Assembly (NCBI GenBank): GCA_964291235.2
Contig: OZ219816.1
Coordinates: 1,376,001-1,440,000 of the forward strand
Direction of reading: 5' to 3'
Source of the DNA: Vicinamibacteria bacterium
GTDB lineage: Bacteria; Acidobacteriota; Vicinamibacteria; Marinacidobacterales; Marinacidobacteraceae
DNA length: 64,000 nucleotides
Shown: in pieces, positions 28,121 through 38,617 of the stretch
Position numbering within the stretch: the stretch's first letter is position 1
Layout: the number at the start of each line of letters is the position of its first letter
Position numbers and translations under genes: made by a program
Notes under the pieces: generated by a model
What the model saw: the letters and a program-made list of their open reading frames with translations, nothing else
Told to the model about the DNA's origin: nothing
The model's database searches: none

Positions 28121-28765
28121 ATGCGGATCACCCCTTCCCTGCTTGCCGCCGACTTCACTCGCCTGGCGGACGAGATCCGGACGGTGGAAGAAGCCGGGGC
28201 ACACGGGCTGCATCTGGACGTCATGGATGGACACTACGTCCCGAATCTGACGTTCGGGCCTCTCGTGGTGGCTGCGGTCCGACGCTGTACCGACCTGCCG
28301 CTCGATGCCCACCTGATGATCGATAACGCCCCGGACCACATCCGGGCCTACGCGGAAGCCGGCGCCGACGCCATCGCGGTGCACCCCGAAGCCGTGCCCC
28401 ACCTCCACAAGACAATCTCCGATCTGCGCGCTCTCGAAGTCCGGCCGGGGTTGGCCATCAACCCACTCACCCCCCTGGCATCGCTGGAGGAAGCCCTCGC
28501 CGCCGTGGACTACGCGATCGTGATGTCCGTCAATCCCGGTTGGGGAGGCCAGCGTTTCATCGAGGGAAGCATGGAGCGCATCCGCCAGGTGCGCAAGCTT
28601 GCCGAGGGACGGCAGCGACCCCTCGAAATCGTGGTGGACGGCGGCATCAATGCCGCCCGGGTCGCGGCCGCGCGCGAGGCCGGAGCGGACGTGGTGGTGG
28701 CGGGATCGGCGGTCTTCGGAGCGGCCGATCCGGCGGCAGCCGTTCGGGAGATACTGGCAGCGTGA
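28121..28765 (+). CDS. rpe: Ribulose-phosphate 3-epimerase
   Basis: PSLLAADF, HLDVMDGHYVPNLTFG, DAHLM, MSVNPGWGGQ, VDGGI, AGSAVF. Confidence 0.97.
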   Translation: MRITPSLLAADFTRLADEIRTVEEAGAHGLHLDVMDGHYVPNLTFGPLVVAAVRRCTDLPLDAHLMIDNAPDHIRAYAEAGADAIAVHPEAVPHLHKTISDLRALEVRPGLAINPLTPLASLEEALAAVDYAIVMSVNPGWGGQRFIEGSMERIRQVRKLAEGRQRPLEIVVDGGINAARVAAAREAGADVVVAGSAVFGAADPAAAVREILAA

Positions 28766-28862
28766 CAGGACCTCCCGCCGGCGAGGGGGTCTCGGCGCGG
28801 ACCCGGGCGCGGACGGCCGCCGCCGGCGGCGAACTCGCGCCCAAACCCTCGATCGTCGGTCC

Positions 28863-29306
28863 TTGACGCCTCCAGACGACCTGCTGGCCTCACCGGCCGG
28901 CGCGACCCGGGTCCCGATCCGGGTTCGCTACGCCGAGACCGACCAGATGGGGGTGGGCTATCACGGGGCGTACCTTCCGTGGTTGGAGGTGGCGCGCACC
29001 GGCTGGCTCCGGAGACACGCCATGCCGTATCGGGAACTGGAGGCGAGCGGTTTCCATTTTCCGGTGATCGAAGTTCGGTGCCGCTACCTGCGGGCCGTGC
29101 ACTACGACGACGACCTGATCGTCGAAGCTGCGGCGGTCCCCTACCGGCGTTCCGGCATCGGCTTTCGCTATCGAATCCTGCGCCCTTCCGACGGAACGCT
29201 CGTGGCGACCGCCGAAACCCGCCACGCCACGGTAGGATCGGACGGAAGGGCGCGCCGCCTGCCCGAACCGGTGCGGCGGGCGCTGCTCGCGACAGTCACT
29301 GCGTGA
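28863..29306 (+). CDS. Acyl-CoA thioesterase, YbgC/4HBT family
   Basis: RVRYAETDQMGVGYH...WLEVAR; start uncertain (TTG 28863). Confidence 0.9.
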   Translation: MTPPDDLLASPAGATRVPIRVRYAETDQMGVGYHGAYLPWLEVARTGWLRRHAMPYRELEASGFHFPVIEVRCRYLRAVHYDDDLIVEAAAVPYRRSGIGFRYRILRPSDGTLVATAETRHATVGSDGRARRLPEPVRRALLATVTA

Positions 29307-29363
29307 AGCGATCCTGGTCAAACGCTAGCATTTCGTCCGCGGCGGTATCCGCCGCCTGTCCGC

Positions 29364-30173
29364 ATGGATTCTGACTCCCCAAGGCCCACTCCCCTGCCCC
29401 TTCGCACCCCTGTCCTCGCGGCCGCCATCGTCCTGCTTGGCCTCGCGTGCAGTTCCCGCCAGCTGGCGGAGGTGCCCACCGGGGCGCAGGCCGATCGGCG
29501 GCTCCTTGCCCTTGGCCAGCAAAGTCTCGAGGACCGGGATTGGAACACCGCCCGCACCTGGTTCCGTCAGTTGCTCGACAGCTACCCCCGGAGCCAGTTC
29601 GCCGGCGACGCCAGGCTGGGCATCGCGGACACCTACAACAACCAGCGCGGCGCTCAAAACGCCCTGCTCGCCGCCACCGAGTACCGGGACTACCTGACGT
29701 TCTTCCCGAATCACCCAAGGGCCGATTACGCTCAGTTTCAGATCGCCTACGGGCACTTCCAGCGCCGTCGCAGCGCCGACCGGGATCAGGAAGACACCCA
29801 GCTCGCGGCGGACGAATTCCAAAAGCTGCTCGAGCTGTATCCCAACTCCCGCTATGCCGAAGAGGCACGGGGCCATCTCGCGGAGTGCCAGAACGATCTC
29901 GCCACCTCGGTCCTCCTGAAGGCGGAGTTCTATCAGGATCACCGCAACTGGTGCCGGGGCGCCATTCCCCGGCTCGAGGACATCCTCACCGACTTTCCGG
30001 AGTTCGACCGGGTGGCCGAAGTACGCCACCGACTGGCGCAGGCGCTCACCCAGTGCGGCCGCGAGAAAGAGGCCCTGGTCCACTACCAGAAGATCGTGGA
30101 AGAGCACGCGGAGAGCCCCTACACCGACGGTGCCCGCGAGCGGATCCGCGAAATCCTCGCCCGAACCTCCTGA
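29364..30173 (+). CDS. bamD: Outer membrane protein assembly factor BamD
   Basis: Lipobox-like GLAC, TPR-like YPRSQFA, FPNHPRADYA, RDQEDT, YPNSRYA. Confidence 0.9.
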   Translation: MDSDSPRPTPLPLRTPVLAAAIVLLGLACSSRQLAEVPTGAQADRRLLALGQQSLEDRDWNTARTWFRQLLDSYPRSQFAGDARLGIADTYNNQRGAQNALLAATEYRDYLTFFPNHPRADYAQFQIAYGHFQRRRSADRDQEDTQLAADEFQKLLELYPNSRYAEEARGHLAECQNDLATSVLLKAEFYQDHRNWCRGAIPRLEDILTDFPEFDRVAEVRHRLAQALTQCGREKEALVHYQKIVEEHAESPYTDGARERIREILARTS

Positions 30174-30276
30174 CCCCGTCCGGGCGGCGAGCGGCGCCGG
30201 CGAGGCGTTCGGCGCTCTGAAAGTGCCGGCCGCTCCCGGGCCGACGGCTCGGCGCCGCCAGTAGGGGAAATCCCGG

Positions 30277-30813
30277 TTAGAAACCGCTCCCGGGAGGGAT
30301 GGCGCTCTGAATCTCGGCGAAGCAATCGCCGCGATGGACCAGGATCCTGATGGCGGAATCCCGCTCGGGTCCGGCGTCCGGGGAAGCCGCCCTCGGCGCC
30401 GGTCGCGCCGCTACGACGATGTCACCGGCAACCAGGCCCGGTAGCAGCGTCTCCCGCCCCCGTTCGAGATCTCCCGGCCGCACCGCCACCCCGACGATCC
30501 GCCATCCCCGGATCTCCGAACGGCGGAAACGCTCGTCCACCAGCCCCGCGAGCGTCAGCTCATTTCCCCGGGCATCCCGGGTTGGCTGGAAACCCAGGAT
30601 GTCCACCTGCCGGTGGCGCTTTTCGCCGTAGAGAAATCCGCGACGCCCATCGAAACCGGCCGCCGCATCCGCTCCCACAAACACGTCCGGTACGGCGTGG
30701 ACCAGGCGGCGCGCCGCGATTGGCGCACCGGCGGCGGCTTCAGCCAGAGAGCGCGACGCTTCGCGCCCCGGCGAAGTAGGAGAAGCCGGACCACGCGGTG
30801 AGCCCGGCCGCAA
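30277..30813 (-). CDS. Hypothetical protein, possible degenerate MPN/JAB fold
   Basis: Fills the gap downstream of pgsA; GFLYGE...VDILGF...WRIVGV pattern. True start is probably near 30740. Confidence 0.5.
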   Translation of the reverse strand: MRPGSPRGPASPTSPGREASRSLAEAAAGAPIAARRLVHAVPDVFVGADAAAGFDGRRGFLYGEKRHRQVDILGFQPTRDARGNELTLAGLVDERFRRSEIRGWRIVGVAVRPGDLERGRETLLPGLVAGDIVVAARPAPRAASPDAGPERDSAIRILVHRGDCFAEIQSAIPPGSGF

Positions 30814-31273
30814 CCCAGAGTCCCAGGGTCCCGAAGGGCGCCAGGGCCGGATAGAACGCCTCTGCCAGGACCAGGAGCGCCGCGTACACCTGGGCGTGCA
30901 TCTTGATTTTGCCCAACAGGTTTACCGGGACGCTGGCGCCGCGCTGCAACGCCACCATGCGCAGCGCCGTAACCGCGAACTCGCGTCCCACGATCACGAT
31001 GGCCACCCACGCCGGGCAGAGTTCCCGGGCCACGAGGCAGATGAAGATCGTGGAAATGAAGAACTTGTCCGCAATCGGGTCCAGCAGAGTCCCCAGTGCC
31101 GTGATCTGGTTGCGGCGGCGGGCAATATGCCCGTCGAGGAGGTCCGTCAGCGCCCCACCGGCAACCAGGCCGGCGCTCACCAGTTGCCAACCGGGGAAGG
31201 AGGCCAGAAGCGACACCGCCACAAAGGGAGTGACGAGAATTCGCAGTAACGTGAGACGGTTCGCCACGCTCAT
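30740..31273 (-). CDS. pgsA: CDP-diacylglycerol--glycerol-3-phosphate 3-phosphatidyltransferase
   Basis: ANRLTLLR, TDLLDGHIARRRNQITALGTLLDPIADK, REFAVTALR, GKIK. Confidence 0.92.
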   Translation of the reverse strand: MSVANRLTLLRILVTPFVAVSLLASFPGWQLVSAGLVAGGALTDLLDGHIARRRNQITALGTLLDPIADKFFISTIFICLVARELCPAWVAIVIVGREFAVTALRMVALQRGASVPVNLLGKIKMHAQVYAALLVLAEAFYPALAPFGTLGLWVAAGLTAWSGFSYFAGARSVALSG

Positions 31274-31409
31274 TTCGGGCTCACGTTCGAGGGAGTTCTC
31301 CGCGCCCGCAGCACGGTTACGGGATGCTATCAGGAGCCGGCCCGCCGTGGCCCGACTTCCAGGAGCCGCGTCGCTGCGCCACGGTGGGAGTATCCTGTCG
31401 GGTCATTCG

Positions 31410-32486
31410 ATGAAGGCGGTCATCCTGATCGGGGGGAAAGCGCTGCGGCTGCGCCCCCTTACGTTCCGCCGGCCCAAGGCGATCGTTCCCCTGCTGACGC
31501 GGCCCTTTCTCGCGACGCAGTTCGAATTGCTCCGACAAGCCGGTATCACCGATGTCATTCTCTGCCTCGCCTGGCTTCCCCGCCGGATCGAGGCGACCTT
31601 CGGTGACGGTACCGCGTTCGGGGTTTCGCTGCGGTACTCGGTCGAGCCGAAGCCACTCGGCACGGGAGGCGCCATCGGCCACGTGCGATCGCTCCTGTCC
31701 GAACCCTTCGTTTGCCTCAACGGCGACTCGCTGACCGACCTCGACGTCGCCGCGCTCATCCGCACTCACGAGGCCGCGCGGAGCACCCTGACGCTGGCGC
31801 TCAGCCCGGTGACGGATGCCTCGGAGTACGGAGTGGTCCGCACCGACGAGGCTGCGGAAGGGGAGCCGCGGCCGGTCGTCGCGTTCACCGAGAAGCCGGA
31901 CACGCGCGAGCCCGGCGATATCAGCATCGGAGCCTACGTCATGGATCCGAGCATTCTCGATTTCATTCCCGACACCGGCGCCTGCTCCCTGGAACACGAG
32001 GTCTTTCCCGCGGTCGTCGCTTCCGGCCGGCGGGTGGCCGCTCACCGGCATTCGGGATACTTCACGGATATCGGCGTCATTTCGCGGTATCGGCAGGCGC
32101 ACCGCGACGCTCTGGACGGCAAGATTCGAGTTCCCGGAGTCGGGCGACCCAACCCGGGGGGAGTCATCGTGGACGAGACGGCCTCCGTTCATCCTGACGC
32201 CCGCCTGATCGGTCCGGCACTGGTGGGCCCGGGAGCCCAGGTGCGGGCGGGCGCCGAGATCGGTCCCTATGCGGTGCTCGGGCGCCACGTCCGCGTCGAG
32301 GCGAACGCGCGGGTGGAGGATTCGATCCTCTGGGCTCACTCCCGCATCAGCGAGGAGGCCAGCGTTTCGGGAGCGATTCTGGGCGTCAGCGGTTTCGTAG
32401 GCCCCGCAGCACGCGTGTGCCGAGCCATTCTCGGCGACAAGAGCACGGTCGCCGCGCACAGTGCCTTGCCATGGCGCGAGAACTGA
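31410..32486 (+). CDS. NDP-sugar pyrophosphorylase (mannose-1-phosphate guanylyltransferase-like) with C-terminal left-handed beta-helix
   Basis: MKAVILIGGKALRLRPLT, PKAIVP, EPKPLGTGGAI, NGD, FTEKP, DIG; hexapeptide-like C-terminus. Confidence 0.9.
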   Translation: MKAVILIGGKALRLRPLTFRRPKAIVPLLTRPFLATQFELLRQAGITDVILCLAWLPRRIEATFGDGTAFGVSLRYSVEPKPLGTGGAIGHVRSLLSEPFVCLNGDSLTDLDVAALIRTHEAARSTLTLALSPVTDASEYGVVRTDEAAEGEPRPVVAFTEKPDTREPGDISIGAYVMDPSILDFIPDTGACSLEHEVFPAVVASGRRVAAHRHSGYFTDIGVISRYRQAHRDALDGKIRVPGVGRPNPGGVIVDETASVHPDARLIGPALVGPGAQVRAGAEIGPYAVLGRHVRVEANARVEDSILWAHSRISEEASVSGAILGVSGFVGPAARVCRAILGDKSTVAAHSALPWREN

Positions 32487-33877
32487 GTCCGGCGGAGGCC
32501 GGCCTCTTCAAGGCCTACGATGTCCGGGGCCCGGCGCCGGATCCACTTTCGCCGGCTCTGGCGTGGCGCGTTGGCCGGGCTTTCGCCAGTTGGCTGAACG
32601 GGGGAAGAATCGGCCTGGCCCGCGACGCGCGGCGTACGAGCCCGGCGCTCGCCGCCGCCTTCGCTGCCGGTCTCAAGGCGCCGGATGTCGAAATCTTCGA
32701 CTACGGGATGTTGCCGACCGACGCCATGTGGTTTGCCGTCCGCCGTGATCGGCTCGACGGTGGCGCGGTGATCACCGCCTCCCACAATCCACCCGGCGAC
32801 AACGGCATCAAGCTGGTGGAAAGCGATGCGGCCCCCGTCTTCGAAGAGAACGGGTTGCCCGAGGTGCGCCGGCTGGTCCAGGAAACGGCCGACCCGCCGG
32901 TTGCGATAGCGCCTCCGCCCGATCGGACGTCTCCCCGAGACATCGCCGCCGACTACCGGGCGTTCTTGGAGGACATCGTCGATTTCGGGTCGTTGCCGGC
33001 CCTGCGCGTGGTGCTTGACGCCGGCAACGGAATGGGTGGCGTGATGGCGGCCGAGGTGTTTTCGAGGGTCCCGGGAGAGTTCCTCGCGGTGCAGTTCGGC
33101 CCGGACGGCGCCTTTCCGAACCGGGGCGCGAACCCCCTCGACCCCCGGAACCGACAGCCCCTCGTGCGCCGGGTTGTCGAAGAGGGCGCCGACTTCGGGG
33201 TCCTTTGGGACGGGGATGCGGACCGGTGTGTCTTCGTGGACGATCGGGGGTTGCACATTCCCGGCGATTTCGCCACCGCCCTGCTCGCGCCGGCCGAGAT
33301 CGCCAAGGAGCCGGGAACGAAAATCGTCTTCGACCTGCGTTCCTCGAGGGCGGTGCCGGACGAGGTACGTCGGGCCGGGGGAGTGCCCAGCGCCGGCCGG
33401 GTGGGACACGCCTATCTGAAACGACGCATGCGGCAGGAGGACGCCAGATTCGGAGGTGAGTTGAGCGGCCACTATTTCTTTCGGGCCGCGGGCTACGCTG
33501 ACAACGCCCTGTTGCCGATTCTCCTCATGATCGAGAGGATCCGGGACTCGGGCCGCTCCCTCTCGGAACTGGCGGGTGATCTGCGGCGCAGGTACTTCAC
33601 GGTGGACGAGGAGAGCCGGACGATCCCGGACCCAAGGGTGGCTTTCGACATGGTGCGCGAGGCCTTTCCGGGCGGGACCGTGAACACGCTGGACGGGCTT
33701 ACGATGGAGTTCCGGGACTGGCGGTTCACCCTCCGGCCGTCCAACACCGAGCCCGCGATGCGGCTGACCCTCGAGGCCTATCGCGCGGGACTCGCCGAGA
33801 AACGGCGCGACGAACTTCTCGCGCTGCTGGAAAGCGCCCGGGAACGCGTCGAAAGCAGCTCCGGCCGGCCGGAGTGA
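32471..33877 (+). CDS. manB: Phosphomannomutase/phosphoglucomutase
   Basis: FKAYDVRG, TASHNP, DGDADR, GGELSGH, LRPSNTEP. Confidence 0.94.
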   Translation: MARELSPAEAGLFKAYDVRGPAPDPLSPALAWRVGRAFASWLNGGRIGLARDARRTSPALAAAFAAGLKAPDVEIFDYGMLPTDAMWFAVRRDRLDGGAVITASHNPPGDNGIKLVESDAAPVFEENGLPEVRRLVQETADPPVAIAPPPDRTSPRDIAADYRAFLEDIVDFGSLPALRVVLDAGNGMGGVMAAEVFSRVPGEFLAVQFGPDGAFPNRGANPLDPRNRQPLVRRVVEEGADFGVLWDGDADRCVFVDDRGLHIPGDFATALLAPAEIAKEPGTKIVFDLRSSRAVPDEVRRAGGVPSAGRVGHAYLKRRMRQEDARFGGELSGHYFFRAAGYADNALLPILLMIERIRDSGRSLSELAGDLRRRYFTVDEESRTIPDPRVAFDMVREAFPGGTVNTLDGLTMEFRDWRFTLRPSNTEPAMRLTLEAYRAGLAEKRRDELLALLESARERVESSSGRPE

Positions 33878-34118
33878 CGGCCTGCGCCGGAAACCGCGTG
33901 AGCGCGCGGGGCCGGCGCGGGGCCCGGCGGACGATCCACCGGAGGGAGGAGCCCTCACCGGGAGGAGGAGGAGCGGGGCCGGGCGCCTCCCGGGCCGAAA
34001 AACGGAGCGCTGATCGCGCGGGAGGCGCGCGATTCCACCAGCCTTGATCGCGGTCCGGACGCCATTCGAGCTTCGCTGCGGGGGAACGCTGGCGCCGAGT
34101 AGAATCTGCGCCCCCTGG

Positions 34119-34191
34119 GCGGGCGTATCTCAGTTGGCAGAGTACGAGCTTCCCAAGCTCGGTGTCGCGGGTTCGAGCCCCGTCGCCCGCT
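34119..34191 (+). tRNA. tRNA-Gly (CCC)
   Basis: Acceptor stem GCGGGCG/CGCCCGC, anticodon arm CGAGC-TTCCCAA-GCTCG, T-loop GTTCGAG; followed by CCG rather than CCA. TAGAAT at 34100-34105 is a candidate -10 box. Confidence 0.96.
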
Positions 34192-34222
34192 CCGCTCCCC
34201 TTTCCCCCAAAAAACCCTGCCC

Positions 34223-34645
34223 ATGGCCATCTTTCGTCGCACCAATGAAGAAAACGAGGCATTCATGACCGAAGCGCCTCCTAGCCCCGACCGGGGTGCC
34301 CGCTCGACCTGGATCGGGCAGGACACGCTCGTGGAGGGCAAGATCACCACCCGAGAAGACATCTGTATCCAGGGACACCTCAAGGGCGCAGTGGAGAGCA
34401 CGGCCTCGGTCCTGATACCCGAAGGCGGCGAGGTGGAGGCGGACATTGTGGCTCGCAACGTGACCATCCACGGGCAGGTGGTGGGAGATGTGGAAGCGGT
34501 CGAAAAGGCGGAGATCGGCCCCTCGGGAGTTCTCACCGGCGGCATCCTCGCCGGAACAGTGGTCGTGCACGCCGGGGCCACCTTTGAGGGAACCGTGCGG
34601 AGCCGCGCCAAATCGGATCCCGAACCGGCGCCCGATGCTTCATGA
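34223..34645 (+). CDS. Bactofilin (polymer-forming cytoskeletal protein)
   Basis: [49 protein letters not shown]. Confidence 0.92.
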   Translation: MAIFRRTNEENEAFMTEAPPSPDRGARSTWIGQDTLVEGKITTREDICIQGHLKGAVESTASVLIPEGGEVEADIVARNVTIHGQVVGDVEAVEKAEIGPSGVLTGGILAGTVVVHAGATFEGTVRSRAKSDPEPAPDAS

Positions 34646-35757
34646 GAATCGGCACGGTCCGGGAAATCAAGGACAGCGAGAACCGCGTCGGATTGGTTCC
34701 GGGCGGCGTCGACACTCTGGTGGCCGCCGGTCACGAGGTGCTCGTCGAGTCCGGCGCCGGCGGCGGGAGCCTGATCTCCGACGAGGAGTTCACGGCGGCG
34801 GGAGCCCGGATCGTGGATACCCGCGAGGAGGTCTTCGGCACCTGTGATCTCCTGATCAAGGTCAAGGAGGTCCAGCCCGAAGAGGTGGAGCTGTTGCGCG
34901 ACGGGCAGATTCTGTACACCTATCTCCATCTGGCGCCCCTCCCGGAGCTGACCGAAGGGCTCCTGTCGCGCGGGGTTACCGCCATCGCCTACGAGACCAT
35001 CACCGCTCCCGATGGCACGTTGCCGCTCCTGACTCCGATGAGCGAGGTAGCCGGCCGGATGGCGATTCAGGAAGGCGCCCACCACCTGCACCGTTCCTGC
35101 GGCGGCTCGGGCATCCTCCTCGGCGGTGTTCCCGGGGTGCCCCGGGGCCGGGCGGTCATCGTGGGCGGAGGGGTCGTGGGACTGAACGCCGCGAAACTCG
35201 CAGTGGGAATTGGCGCCGAGGTCACCATCCTCGAAAAGAGCGCCGCGCGCATGCGATACCTGGACGATGTGTTCGGAAGCCGGGTCACGACGCTGAAGTC
35301 GAGCGCCGTCACCCTGGCCGCTTCGATCGCCGAGGCGGACCTGGTGGTCGGGGCGGTCCTCGTTCCCGGTGCCGCCGCCCCCCGCATCGTCTCCCGCGAG
35401 ATGATCGCCGGAATGCGCGAGGGCGGGGTGATCGTGGACGTCGCCGTCGATCAGGGAGGGTGCTGCGAAACAACCCGGCCCACAACCCACTCGAAACCCA
35501 CCTACGTCGTGGACGGGGTGGTCCACTACTGTGTGGCGAACATGCCCGGCGCCATGCCGCGAACCTCCACCTACGCGCTCACCAACGTCACCCTCGAGTA
35601 CGCGCTCACGATCGCCAACCACGGATTTGAGGAAGCGGTGCGGCGGGACAGTTGTCTGCGGCCCGGCGTGAACACCTATGCCGGCCGTCTCACCTGTCGC
35701 CCCGTCGCCGAATCGCAGAACCGGGACTACCAGCCACTGGAAGAACTGATCGCCTGA
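34642..35757 (+). CDS. ald: Alanine dehydrogenase
   Basis: [50 protein letters not shown]. Confidence 0.97.
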   Translation: MRIGTVREIKDSENRVGLVPGGVDTLVAAGHEVLVESGAGGGSLISDEEFTAAGARIVDTREEVFGTCDLLIKVKEVQPEEVELLRDGQILYTYLHLAPLPELTEGLLSRGVTAIAYETITAPDGTLPLLTPMSEVAGRMAIQEGAHHLHRSCGGSGILLGGVPGVPRGRAVIVGGGVVGLNAAKLAVGIGAEVTILEKSAARMRYLDDVFGSRVTTLKSSAVTLAASIAEADLVVGAVLVPGAAAPRIVSREMIAGMREGGVIVDVAVDQGGCCETTRPTTHSKPTYVVDGVVHYCVANMPGAMPRTSTYALTNVTLEYALTIANHGFEEAVRRDSCLRPGVNTYAGRLTCRPVAESQNRDYQPLEELIA

Positions 35758-35809
35758 CGGCCGGCGCTGGATCCAACCGAGCAGGCGCCGCGCATGCCGG
35801 TATTCACGA

Positions 35810-36589
35810 ATGACGGACACCCGGGAGCAGGAGGACGGCGGATTGCGCCGGTTTGCGGACTGGGAGGCTCCCGCCGACGGGGAGATCAACATGCGCCGCG
35901 ACCGGGTCTTACTGGACGAGGCCGCCCGGGGCGCTCCCCCGACGCTGCGGCTGTATCGCTGGTCCCGGCCGACCCTGACGCTCGGACACGGACAGACCCC
36001 GGAGAGCGCAACGGACGCGGACGCACTCGCCGCTCTCGGAATTCCCTGGGTTCGCCGGCCAACCGGGGGTCGGGCCCTCCTGCATCTGCCGGATGAGCTC
36101 ACCTACGCCTTCGCAGCGCCGCGGGGCTTTGCTTCCGGCGTCCGGCGCGCCTACTTTGAGGTGATGGCGTCCATCCACGCCGCGCTCGCCGCCTTTGTGC
36201 GGCTCGACCCCTTGCCGGCTGGCCCCCTCCCCCGGGACACGGCCGCTCCGCGGCTTCCCTGCCACGCGGTGGCAACCGGACACGAGATCACCGCCGGAGG
36301 CCGAAAACTCGTGGCGGGGGCGCAGCGCTGGCGCCGGGGCGCTTTCCTCCAGCACGGCTCTATTCCCTGGACGGTGAACCGTGTCCTCACGAACTCGCTG
36401 GCGGGGCTACCCGCCGACTTCCCGGTCGGGGCGGTCGGACTTTCGGAACTCACCGCGACCCGCCAGCAGAGCACGCCTCCGCGTGTCGAAGACGTCGCCA
36501 CCGCCCTGGAAGCGTCGTTTTGCCGGGACTTCGGGAAACCTCGTGCTAGTCTGATTTCCCCGTTTCCAACGCACCGCAGGAGCGCCTGA
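35810..36589 (+). CDS. Lipoate-protein ligase / LipM-like octanoyltransferase
   Basis: NMRRD, LRLYRW, RRPTGGRALLH, GRKLVAGAQ, LQHGSI. Confidence 0.88.
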   Translation: MTDTREQEDGGLRRFADWEAPADGEINMRRDRVLLDEAARGAPPTLRLYRWSRPTLTLGHGQTPESATDADALAALGIPWVRRPTGGRALLHLPDELTYAFAAPRGFASGVRRAYFEVMASIHAALAAFVRLDPLPAGPLPRDTAAPRLPCHAVATGHEITAGGRKLVAGAQRWRRGAFLQHGSIPWTVNRVLTNSLAGLPADFPVGAVGLSELTATRQQSTPPRVEDVATALEASFCRDFGKPRASLISPFPTHRRSA

Positions 36590-37335
36590 TGAACGATCCG
36601 TCACAAGGAGAACCACCCGAGCCACTCCAGGAAAACCCGGGCGCGAACGGCGCCGTTGCCGGGGAGTCGACAGATTCGGCCGGGGCTCTCGAGCCGGAGG
36701 GGCAGGCCGAAGTCGAAGCGTTGCGCGGAAAGGTCGCCGCCCTGAGCCAGGAAGTAGCGGACGCGAAGGATCTCGCCCGGCGGGCGCAGGCCGACATCGC
36801 CAATGTGCGGCGGCGTTCGCGGAACGAACGCGCCGAGTTCCGCTCCCGCGCCACCGAAGAAGTGTGCTCCGCCCTGTTGCCCGTACTCGACGACCTGCAT
36901 CGCGCCGTCGTCGAGACGGGCAGGGCGACGGACCGCTGGTCAGGCGACGAAAGCGGCGAATCGGCCGAGAGTGTGGTCCAGGGCCTCCTCGAAGGGGTTC
37001 GGCTGGTGCTTCGCCGTTTCCAGGACACGCTGAAACGCCAGGGACTTGTCGAGATCGAGGCGGACGGTGCTCCGTTCGATCCGCGGCTCCACGCGGCAGT
37101 GCAGGAGGCGCCAGCGGGGCCGGGACAACGGGAGGGCGATGTGATTCAGGTGCTCCAGCGGGGATACCTTCTGGATGGCCGGGTCACGCGCCCCGCCGCC
37201 GTGGTGGTCGCCTCGGCCGCCGTGGAGTCACCCGACGCGTCCGGGGAGGCTGACGGGGACAACGGCGAAGGCAGTGGCGGATCGACAGCGGAGCCGGGCG
37301 GGCCGGGATCCGGCGCGGAACCGCCAACCGCCTGA
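36589..37335 (+). CDS. grpE: Nucleotide exchange factor GrpE
   Basis: [50 protein letters not shown]. Confidence 0.95.
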   Translation: MNDPSQGEPPEPLQENPGANGAVAGESTDSAGALEPEGQAEVEALRGKVAALSQEVADAKDLARRAQADIANVRRRSRNERAEFRSRATEEVCSALLPVLDDLHRAVVETGRATDRWSGDESGESAESVVQGLLEGVRLVLRRFQDTLKRQGLVEIEADGAPFDPRLHAAVQEAPAGPGQREGDVIQVLQRGYLLDGRVTRPAAVVVASAAVESPDASGEADGDNGEGSGGSTAEPGGPGSGAEPPTA

Positions 37336-37343
37336 AGAGCTTC

Positions 37344-38534
37344 ATGCCAGCCACCGAGCAGCGGGACTACTACGAAGTCCTCGGAGTGGGCCGCGACGCG
37401 AGTCCGGAAGAGATCAAGAAGGCGTACCGGAAGCTCGCCATCCGCTATCACCCCGACCGCAACCCCGACAACAAGTCCGCCGAGGAACAGTTCAAGAAGG
37501 CATCGGAAGCCTACGGTGTGCTCGCCGATCCGGAGAAGCGATCCCGCTACGACCGTTTCGGGCATGCCGGGGTCGGCGGGGTCGGCCAGCCCATGAACAG
37601 CGAGGTCTTCGCAGACTTTCAGGATCTGTTTCGCGGCAGCGTGTTCGACCTGTTCGGGGAGATGTTTGGCGGCGGGCCTTCGGGCGGTCCCGCCCGCGGG
37701 CGGGACATCCAGTACGAGGTGAGCATCGATTTCGGCGACCCCAAGGAAGAGAGCCGCAAGCGAATCCTCGTTTCCCGGTCGGAGCCGTGCGATGCCTGCC
37801 GGGGCAGCGGTATCGAGGCGGGCAAACAGCCGATTCTCTGCGGGAGATGCGCCGGCCGCGGACAGGAGACCTTCTCGCGCGGATTCATGGTCATGAGCCG
37901 CACGTGTTCGGGCTGCGGCGGCAGCGGGAAGATCGTTCGTGATCCTTGTCACGAATGCGGCGGCAACGGACGAACGCCGCGGGAGCGCGAGATCACCGTT
38001 CGGCTGCCGGCGGGGATTGCCGACGGGAATCAGCTCCGCATCCCGGGCGAGGGTGAACCGGGCACCCGGGGCGGCCCTCCTGGAGATCTCTACGTGCGGG
38101 TCCACGTCCGGGCGGCCCGCGGTCTCCGCCGGGAAGATGACGATGTCTTCAGCGAAGCGGCGATCAGCTTCCCCCAGGCGGTGCTGGGCACGGAGATCCC
38201 GATTGCCACCATCTGGGGCGAAGAAACGTTGCGCATCCCGCCCGGCACCCAGCCGCACAGCGTCCTCCGCCTGCGGAACCGGGGGTTTCCGGCGCTCCGC
38301 GGCCGGGGCCGCGGAAGCCACCTGGTGCGCGTGTTGGTCGAGGTGCCCAAGAAACTGAACAGCCGGGCGCGGGCCGCAGTGGACGCCTTGGCGGACGAAA
38401 TCGGGGCCGCGGCGGCCTCCTCCGGCGCGGGCCAGGGCCAGCGGTCGGAATCCGGCTCTGCAGGTCAGCCGGAAGCGGCGGGAGACGACGCGGAGGGGTC
38501 GCGCTCGTCCTTCTTTGATCGCATATTCTCCTGA
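37344..38534 (+). CDS. dnaJ: Molecular chaperone DnaJ
   Basis: J-domain with HPD, four CxxCxGxG zinc motifs, GDLYV C-terminal domain. Confidence 0.98.
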   Translation: MPATEQRDYYEVLGVGRDASPEEIKKAYRKLAIRYHPDRNPDNKSAEEQFKKASEAYGVLADPEKRSRYDRFGHAGVGGVGQPMNSEVFADFQDLFRGSVFDLFGEMFGGGPSGGPARGRDIQYEVSIDFGDPKEESRKRILVSRSEPCDACRGSGIEAGKQPILCGRCAGRGQETFSRGFMVMSRTCSGCGGSGKIVRDPCHECGGNGRTPREREITVRLPAGIADGNQLRIPGEGEPGTRGGPPGDLYVRVHVRAARGLRREDDDVFSEAAISFPQAVLGTEIPIATIWGEETLRIPPGTQPHSVLRLRNRGFPALRGRGRGSHLVRVLVEVPKKLNSRARAAVDALADEIGAAAASSGAGQGQRSESGSAGQPEAAGDDAEGSRSSFFDRIFS

Positions 38535-38617
38535 CGGCAACGGTCATTCCCCGGCTTCCATCCCCCGTCCCGCAGCGAAACGCGGCTGGTTCACCCGGCA
38601 CGCCGCCGCAGGGCGCG

